From: Octopus vulgaris
Taxonomy: Eukaryota
Reading direction: 5' to 3'
Length of the DNA stretch: 64,000 nucleotides
NCBI GenBank assembly: GCA_951406725.2
Contig: OX597820.1
Coordinates: 5,022,001 to 5,086,000 of the forward strand
The first letter of the stretch is position 1; each line of letters begins with the position of its first letter. Of this stretch, positions 55,358-64,000 are shown piece by piece. The notes below the pieces were generated by a model. It did not search any database and was not told where the DNA came from. It saw only the letters and a program-made list of their open reading frames with translations. Made by a program: the position numbers and the translations under genes.

Positions 55358-55360
<3 letters not shown>
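54992..55360. mobile_element. Circularly permuted 356-bp monomer of the 360-bp family with 13-nt terminal redundancy
   Basis: gggggtgttactg at 54992-55004 and 55348-55360; colinear with the 10.4-11.2 kb unit; TA/TG flanks. Confidence 0.85.
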
Positions 55361-55394
<34 letters not shown>

Positions 55395-55398
<4 letters not shown>

Positions 55399-55586
55399 AG
55401 TGGCTGTGTGGTAAGTAGCTTGCTTCCCAACCACATGGTTCCGGGTTCAGCCCCACTGCGTGGCACCTTGGGCAAGTTTCTTCTACTATAGCCTCAGGCC
55501 GACCAAAGCCTTGTGAGTGGATTTGGTTGACGGAAACTGAAAGAAGCCCGTCGTATATATCTATATATGTATGTATATATTTATAT

Positions 55587-55634
<48 letters not shown>

Positions 55635-55825
55635 TGTTTCTGTGTTTGTTCCCCCAACATCGCTTGACAACCGATGCTGGTGTGTTTACGTCCCGTAACT
55701 TAGCGGTTCGGCAAAAGAGACCGATAAAATAAGTGCTAGGCTTACAAAGAATAAGTCCTGGGGTCGATTTACTCGACTGAAGGCGGTGCTCCAGCATGGT
55801 CACAATCAAATGACTGAAATAAGTA
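55395..55825 (+). mobile_element. SINE family A, full length
   Basis: Head, internal (TG)n and tail. Confidence 0.92.
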
Positions 55826-55839
55826 ATATATATATATAT

Positions 55840-55900
<61 letters not shown>

Positions 55901-56949
55901 GGAGAATGGAAGCGTGCAGAAAATGCAAAAATTTCCCGGAAGATTTCGGACGTCGTTTATTAATCTTTTACCAGGAGAATATGACACATCATCATCCAAG
56001 CTACCCAGATCAACACTTCTGCAGTTGCGTGTACATGTGTGTGTGTCTGTGTGTGTGAGAGAGAGAGTGTGTGCGTGTGTGTGTGTGTGTGCGCATACGC
56101 AAGCACGCATACACACACACACACACACACACATATATACATATGGAAGTATTGTTCTCTCCTTAATATTTCCTCGCGTTTATTTTAGAGCCCAGAACTT
56201 CCTGAATCTATCGGCATCGCTATACTTTCTCGGTTTCATCTTCAGAGTGAAGTGTGTGTGTGTTGCCGGATTAGTTAGAATCATGTTCATTGCTGACCTC
56301 AGTAGGATTTGAACTCGAGTCGTGTTGACGAGATCCAGACAATAAAATTTGTCGTCGTCGCCCTTGTTGTATAACCCAGTGTCGGCCATGATCGAGCATT
56401 GCAGTGTTACAGCATGTTCCATCCATGACTCTCCAGCCTTTTCCTTTTCCCATAGTGGCCTCACATTCCATTATCCATTATATTCCTACTTAAGACGGTA
56501 GGATGTTGTCTGAGGGAGATAATCTGACTACTCTTTCTAGCATGTCGAACGACTTCATAGAGGTTCCATTGTTTGTAACTTACCAAAGACCTTGACACAG
56601 TTTACATAATGAGACATGGGAAGTTCTCTGAAATTCCTCAGTTGCTGCTTCTCTCTGAAATGTCAAACTGGTTGATATCTTACAGAAATACCAACTCCCT
56701 TCTACAACAACCCCTTAAAAGGTTGTTGTACTTGTTGATGTTGTTGCTGTTGTTGTTGTAGGATGGAGTTTGGAATATGTTATATCGTATCATCAACTGA
56801 TGTTGATAATGGTGTCGCTATTGTTTATTCTCTCGTTGATGTTGCTGTTCTTGTTGTTGTCCATTTCGTTGATATTAATCGTGCTGTTGATGTTGTTGTC
56901 GCTAGTGTTGTTGTTGTTGTTATTGTTGGTTGTTTCCGATTCGTCTTAT

Positions 56950-57090
56950 AAGAGCAGCGCCTATGAACACTTCAAGAAGTACATGACTCCAAAACAAGAC
57001 AATATTATCGTAAGTTCAAAGATCGGACTCTTCCGCTACCCCAACCCACCCAAAGATCAGGCAGCGGTGTTAAACCGGTTGATGGATTAA
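56950..57090 (+). mobile_element. Possible Ty3/Gypsy RT remnant
   Basis: SSAY...QDNIIVSSKIGLFRY...LNRLMD loosely resembles the gypsy GLFxY...FQRLMD segment. Confidence 0.25.
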
Positions 57091-58018
57091 GCCTACCCTT
57101 AATAACTGGAACGATGCCTTGACGGGTTCCCACGTGGGTTCTGTCTACCTAATTTCACAAACACTCTATTGGTTAACCTGCGATTATTTTCGAAAACACT
57201 CGTCCAAGGTGCGGCAGAGAGTATTGAACTCAAAACCACGTTATTGTAAAGTGAACCATACAACCATGTTTGCACCAACTTTATAGTGTTGTTTGACTGC
57301 TTTCTTTTACTAACACATGACTCTAGTTGTGATGGATATTCTTTTGGTGAAATAATTAAAGCTATAAAGAAAGTGAAGTGATTTCAAACGGGAATCGAAA
57401 CTGTGTCCCCATTTCACTGAGTTGGAGTTTTACATCTTGAAATTGCAGAAACTTTGGCACTCCGAGAAAAGTGCTTAGCGCCAGTCTTTCACCTTAATGT
57501 TCTGAGTTCAAATTTCGCCGAGGTCGATTTGCCTTTCATTCTTTCAAGAATTAAGTACCAGTTGGATACTGGAGTCGATATAATTAACTAGGTCCTTCCT
57601 CCAAAATTTTAGTAGAAAGAGTTATTTTATTAAACGATAATCGAGAGTTGATAGACATTTGTTTACTAAGCCATTATGCAAATGAAGGCTGGGGTATGGT
57701 CTATGTCAGCGACCTCAGTATGTCAGTACTCCTTATACGTGGTCCCCACCCTGGGGTAGGAAGTGTTCATAAGCATCTTCGTCCACTTCCGTGACTGATG
57801 TTACAAAAGTAAGGAGATAAGATCTTATATGGCTCGGATATGTGCAATAGAATGAACACCGCCAAAGACACCCGGGAGACAAACGGGTATGTTGTCCCTG
57901 AAGGGTTGTGCTAAATAAGAATGAAACCCGTGGGATCGATCCGCGAAGAGACGGAGTAGGCATTTGTTTACATTTGTTTAGGGGATAGGGTTACACGAGC
58001 AGGGTCACCAAACACTTG

Positions 58019-58066
<48 letters not shown>

Positions 58067-58170
58067 GCTGCAACAAGAACAAGAAAAATAAAAACAATTA
58101 CTACTACTACTACGACTATACTGTAACAACAGCAGCAATAAAAAACTACTATTAGTAGTAGTACTAGTAG

Positions 58171-58229
<59 letters not shown>

Positions 58230-58344
58230 TCATACAAGGATAAGGAGGAAACGTTGATGATTACGATGCTGATGCTGACGGTGATGGTGATTATGATGAT
58301 GACGTCTGCATTTCTCTGTCTACCACCCACCCACCCACTCGTCT

Positions 58345-58880
58345 TCTTTAACCCTAGGCCAACCCGAAGCCAGCAAACCTATGACCGAAATCATTCCACC
58401 CATCACCATTTCTAAAGCTACATTATGTTACTCATGTTGTCGTTGTTGTCATTTTAGCCCTGGGTCAGCTCTGACTAGGCCCACCTTTGATCAACGAATG
58501 CCAGTTATGACCATCCTGCCTTATGTAGGTTTAACTAGCATTTCATTGTCTGCGTCTTTTCATTTTTTTGTAAGACAATAAGATATGAGGGAGATTTGGT
58601 TGTTATTTCTAGCAGATAAAGAAGCGAAGTAAAGTCCCGTCCCCTTCGTCATGTTGTTGGTCCATATTGTTGTTATTTAACCCCAGGTCAGTCCTGATTC
58701 AGCACAACTGTGATCGCAGGCTTTCCAGCGATGACATTCCCTCCTTTTTACTTTGAATATACTGCAGCGCCGAACTACATTATTCAACGTGAGCTTTGTT
58801 TTCATAGATTGGTAAGGGGTTATCTGAGGGATATTTGGCTGTCGTTTCTAGAAAGTCATGTGACAACAGAGATGCGGTGT
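58345..58880 (+). repeat. Three tandem degenerate copies of the old repeat also seen at 33625-34000
   Basis: Starts tttaaccctaggcc (~58347), tttagccctgggtc (~58453), tttaaccccaggtc (~58676). Confidence 0.55.
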
Positions 58881-59038
58881 CTCCCTTTTCCCTAAAGGCA
58901 TCGATTTGCAGTCAGACAAACTGAACGAAATAGCCAATCATTCTTTTCCATTCATTTCACCACATGGCAGTTCGATACCTGATTCTTCACATCACATCTC
59001 TTAGTATATCCCGTAGAGCTCTCTTTTGCTCCTGTCTG

Positions 59039-59115
<77 letters not shown>

Positions 59116-59383
59116 TTATCTATCGATCTATCTATCTATCTATTTATGTAGCCAGCCATAAACATAAACATACATAAACATACATACATATATATACACA
59201 CATAAACATACATACATATATATACACACATAAACATACATACATATATATACACACAAACACACACACACATATATATATATACATACATATAGACATA
59301 TAATGCACATATATATATATATATATGTATGTGTGTATATATATGTGAATATGTATATACACATATCTTTCTCCCTCACTCTT

Positions 59384-59488
<105 letters not shown>

Positions 59489-59547
59489 TGCAAATAAGAA
59501 AATGGAGGAGAACAATAGTTGGTTCATCAAATATATATACATGCTTA

Positions 59548-59937
59548 ACTGTGTAGTAAGAACCTTGTTTCCTAACATGATTCCGGGTTCAGTCCCACTT
59601 CGTGGTACCTTAGGCACGTGTCTTCTACTATAGCCTGGTGCTGACCAAGGCCCTGTGAGTGGGTTTGGTAGACGGAAACTGAAAGAAGCCCGTCGTAAAT
59701 ATATATATATGTATATATGTATGTATGTGTTTATGTGCGTGTGTCTGTGTTTGGTCCCCACCATCACTTCACAACCGATGCTGGTGTGTTTATGTCCCTG
59801 TAAATTTGCGATCGGCCATCGGGACGATAGAATATGTAGCAGGCTTACAAGGAAAAGTCCTGGGGTCGATTTCCTCGACTAAAACCCTTGTGGGTGTTGC
59901 TTCAGTGTGACCGCAGTTAAATGACTGAAACAAATAA
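59548..59937 (+). mobile_element. SINE family A, diverged
   Basis: Head, body and tail recognisable. Confidence 0.85.
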
Positions 59938-59976
59938 GTTTCTTTTCATTCTCTCCCTGTTTGTTTCCTCGTGTTC

Positions 59977-60012
59977 CTTTCTGCTGAAGAGCGTAGGCAC
60001 GAAACGTAAAAG
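59977..60012 (+). ncRNA. Minimal hammerhead motif (A6>C) in mini element 59940-60109
   Basis: cttt-CTGCTGA-a-GAGC-gtag-GCAC-GAAA-CG-TA|aaag; homologous to 52690-52860. Confidence 0.55.
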
Positions 60013-60109
60013 ACTTTCTCACCTTCCTGAGTGTCGAACTAACACACCTGCTTGTTGTTCATACACCAGTCTTCGTCTTTTGTTTTTCTCTAAAGTTCAA
60101 CTATATATA

Positions 60110-60209
60110 NNNNNNNNNNNNNNNNNNNNNNNNNNNNNNNNNNNNNNNNNNNNNNNNNNNNNNNNNNNNNNNNNNNNNNNNNNNNNNNNNNNNNNNNNNN
60201 NNNNNNNNN
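60110..60209. other. Assembly gap (100 N)
   Basis: Run of N. Confidence 1.
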
Positions 60210-60500
60210 TTTAAGATCTTCCTGTCACTGTCCACTTGAACTGCAGATACCAGGACGCTCTTATCGGTGTTTTTGTGCGGCTAACCCGCTACAATCCACG
60301 GTCAATTTTCTCTCCTATGAAGGGTTACGCTCTACGATGCATCACTATAACCCACAACACTTTGCAACTGTTTATGCGTTCACCTGTACACACACGTTAA
60401 TTCTATTCCTGTCGGTGAGTGGGGGGAGAGTCTAATCAAGATAGTAATTTTAAAATGATTAATAGCGACAGAAGCAATATTAATAATCTTTATATCCAAC

Positions 60501-60636
60501 TTAACGTGGATGTTGTGCTAGAGCACCGAATAATGCGGTATCTACATTGAGAAGACCTCGCATATGCGTTCTTAAGAGAGGTTTTCTCAAAGTAAATAAC
60601 GCGTTATTCGGTATTCTATCACAACATCCACGTTAA
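60501..60636. repeat. Imperfect inverted repeat, ~59-bp arms
   Basis: ttaacgtggatgttgtg...gagaagacctc versus gaggttttctc...cacaacatccacgttaa. Confidence 0.85.
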
Positions 60637-61445
60637 CTTAGATTTAGGCATTTAAGTGTTTTTGCTGTCCGTGCGTGTGCATATGTGCAATGTTTTCCTC
60701 TTCGAAGTACTCGTTTGTATGGATGTGTCTCTGTGTGGTTATTTCTATATGTATATGTGCGTATGTCTACAATTGTGGTTTGTTTATTTTCTAAATATGA
60801 TTAGAAGAATATCGAGACGAGAGAGCTGTAAATATTTGACTTTTGTACATTCGGAGTGTGAACAAAAAACTGTACAGACACAGCAAGGTGTTCAATGGGA
60901 TTAAACAAACAAAACAGACAAACAAAAAGCGGAGACAGAAAGACAAACAGTACCAGTTTTGGTCTTCTTAATCTTTTTTTAAAAAATAATTCTTTGAATT
61001 CCTGCTGTAAAGAATGAATTGGTTTCTCACAAAGAAACAAAGACCCATTTCTGGAATTTAAATAACAGCAACAGTGAATATCAGAGAAGTCTTGTATATT
61101 TTGAATATGTAAACTGAGCGTTGGTTCACCTCCCTGTATCTCTGTCTGTGTGTGGCTATGCATAGATCTGTGTATGTGCTTGTGTGAGTGTACGAAGTAT
61201 GTCTCTGCATGTGTGTATGTATGAGCATCTCGTATGTGCCTATGCGTTTGAATGTACGTATATATAAAAAACAAAATAAATAAATAAATAGAAAGTGGGT
61301 AAAAGAATAGAAATATATAAATCACAAACATAAACATTCATATATAAATAGACATTTGTCATGTATGGAAACTGAAGCATTAAGCTGGGCGACAGGTTAA
61401 ATTTTAACACACACACACACACACTAGATGTATGTATGCCTGTCT

Positions 61446-61569
61446 GCGGGGTGTATGTAAAGTTTTGAGCCTTGAAGGCCCTTGAGCCTCGAAGTCTTGT
61501 ACATTCATCAGAAGTCTTGTACCATGTTTTGTTTGTTTCTGAGGCTCAAGACTTTTCATACACCCTTCG
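61446..61569. mobile_element. Mariner-type MITE
   Basis: ~26-bp TIRs ggggtgtatgtaaagttttgagcct and aggctcaagacttttcatacaccc(ttcg); TA at the right flank. Confidence 0.6.
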
Positions 61570-62378
61570 TATGTACGTATGTATGTGTGTATGTATGTAT
61601 GTATGTATGTATGTATGTATGTATGTATGTATGTATGTATGTATGTATGTATGTATGTATGTTGTGTATGTATGTATGTATGTATGTATGTATGTGTGTA
61701 TGTATGTATGTATGTATGTATGTATGTATGTATGTATGTATGTATGTATGTATGCATGTATGAATGTATGTACGTATGCATGTATGTATGCATGTATGTA
61801 CGCTTGTATGTATGTATGTATGTATGTATGTATGTATGTATGTATGTATGTATGTACGTATGCATGTATGTATGCATGTATGTACGCTTGTATGTATGTA
61901 TGTATGTATGTATGTATGTATGTATGTATGTATGTATGTATGTATGTATGTATGTATGTATGTATGTATGTATGTATGTATGTATGTATGTATGTATGTA
62001 TGTATGTATGTATGTATGTATGTATGTATGTATGTATGTATGTATGTATGTATGTATGTATGTATGTATGTATGTATGTATGTATGTATGTATGTATGTA
62101 TGTATGTATGTATGTATGTATGTATGTATGTATGTATGCATGTATGTATGCTTGTATGTATGTATGTACGTATGTATGTATGTATGTATGTATGTATGTA
62201 TGTATGTATGTATGTATGTATGTATGTATGTATGTATGTATGTATGTATGTATGTATGTATGTATGTATGTATGTATGTATGTATGTATGCTTGTATGTA
62301 TGTATGTATGAATGCTTGTATGTATGTGCGTATGTATGTACGTACGTATGTATGTATGTATGTATGTATGTATGTATG

Positions 62379-62409
<31 letters not shown>

Positions 62410-62430
62410 GTATGTATGCATGTATGTGTG
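61570..62430. repeat. ~860-bp (TATG)n microsatellite
   Basis: Read directly. Confidence 0.97.
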
Positions 62431-62846
62431 TAGATTTGTATGTTTTGTTTTGTGTATGTATTCTCATGCGTATAGTTTGCATATCTAGACCTGCTCATAT
62501 ATATTTAAATGATAAACTTCCAGAAATGTTTACAGACTCTTACAGTTCCACTGATGTATTGGATCTGTATTCTTCGAATTAGCTTTCTCCTTTCTGGTTT
62601 TGTATGTATGTATGTCATTGTTCAGTTTTATTTCAAGATTTTGTTGCCGATAGGGAGCTGGTTTCTAACCTAGATTCAAGGCTCCTTCACTGGAATTTCA
62701 ACATCAACAACAGGGAATTTTTGTATGTATGTATGTATGTATGTATGTATGTATGTATGTATGTATGTATGTATGTATGTATGTATGGAGCGGTAATAAG
62801 AACAAGAGATGACAAGAAAATCGCAGGTTATGTTACGGGCTTCAGT

Positions 62847-62927
62847 AGCTTACAACTGTTTCTGCTATAAGATGCAGTGGACTTTTTGTTGAGTGACTGA
62901 ATGACGTCCTATAGCTTCATCGGAGCT
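62847..62927 (-). ncRNA. Type I hammerhead motif (U4>C)
   Basis: agct-CCGATGA-a-gctata...tatagc-a-GAAA-CAGTTG-TA|agct; GUA site, cut between 62851 and 62850. Confidence 0.7.
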
Positions 62928-63182
62928 TGGAATATAAATTGCAATTTATTTGGGGAAAAAAAGAATTACACATTTCCCGATGAACTGCTAGACTAGCATC
63001 CACTCATCGTTGCCGATTTATCAAAAAGTGTGTTTGCACGAATTCCACCGGCAGAAAGAGTCTAGACTTATGAAAATCACTATAAGAATTGGGGTTGTCT
63101 AATTTGCATGTGTATGGTTTGGGGTTGGGGAAAGAACGAAGGAGCAATAATGCGTTCTTGCCTTAGTCCAATATTACACAGA

Positions 63183-63451
63183 AACACACGGACACACACA
63201 CGCACACACACAGGGACATACACACATACACACACGAACACACAAACACACACGGACACATACACACATGGACACACACATACACACACACACACATACA
63301 TGCGCACACACACACGGACACACACACTGACAAACACATACACACATGGAGACATGCACACACAAACGGACACACACATGGACACACACATACACACACG
63401 GACACACATGGACACACACACGCACACACACACACATACACGCACACACAT

Positions 63452-63484
<33 letters not shown>

Positions 63485-63720
63485 GGGACATACACACATA
63501 CACACACGAACACACAAACACACACGGACACATACACACATGGACACACACATACACACACACATACATGCGCACACACACGGACACACACACTGACAAA
63601 CACATACACACATGGAGACATGCACACACAAACGGACACACACATGGACACACACATACACACACGGACACACATGGACACACACACGCACACACACACA
63701 CATACACGCACACACATACA

Positions 63721-63753
<33 letters not shown>
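63183..63753. repeat. Degenerate (CA)n tract with ~272-bp higher-order duplication
   Basis: cagggacatacacacatacacacacgaac recurs at 63211 and 63483. Confidence 0.8.
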
Positions 63754-63756
<3 letters not shown>

Positions 63757-64000
63757 CTGAACAATTCGTCATTGCCAGGCAATTTATTTCTCCAGCAAAA
63801 TGCCTTTATTTCAATTTTTTTTATTTCTTCTCAGACCATGTCTTCTCCGGTGGATAGGCCTCTTGATTAGGACAGATTTCTGCTTTGTTTGGGTCAATTC
63901 ATAATGCATCGATAAGCTAACTGTATGAGTTTCAATTTGGGCCACAAATGAAAAGTTTCTTCTTAGCTCGCTACTGATCCCTTGTTAGGGTCTTTCGATT

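Noticed and set aside
57730-57965. Very degraded LINE 3' fragment (VRR..LIWLGYVQ)
   Set aside because: Too decayed to assign or delimit
61404-62582. Long ORFs of 270-364 aa (HTYI/MYVC repeats) and similar YI, CV, LSIY, poly-D/T/I ORFs across the window
   Set aside because: Translations of stop-free microsatellites; no evidence of coding

Overview
AT-rich, extremely repeat-dense eukaryotic DNA. The SINE families and the microsatellite load suggest a coleoid cephalopod, most likely Octopus; this is inferred from recalled family resemblance, not a database match. Nearly all ORFs in the six-frame track are microsatellite translation artefacts. The window contains four tRNA-derived SINE families, non-autonomous Helitrons, decayed LINEs (CR1-like, RTE, Dong/R4), a DD37D maT and a DD37E Tc1-like transposon, a 5'-truncated Penelope-like element (RT end plus GIY-YIG) with inverted pLTRs, a 100-N gap, and a few weak candidate exons of a minus-strand host gene. 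The main hidden layer is a set of about a dozen type I hammerhead-ribozyme motifs with palindromic, dimer-type helix III. They lie in short non-coding elements that mostly sit in or beside (TA)n tracts and often fold back on themselves. One family is a ~360-nt unit present as a tandem/inverted array and as a circularly permuted monomer with compensatory base changes, consistent with a retrozyme-like structured RNA. The CR1-like LINE and the dominant SINE also share a covarying 3' stem-loop tail.
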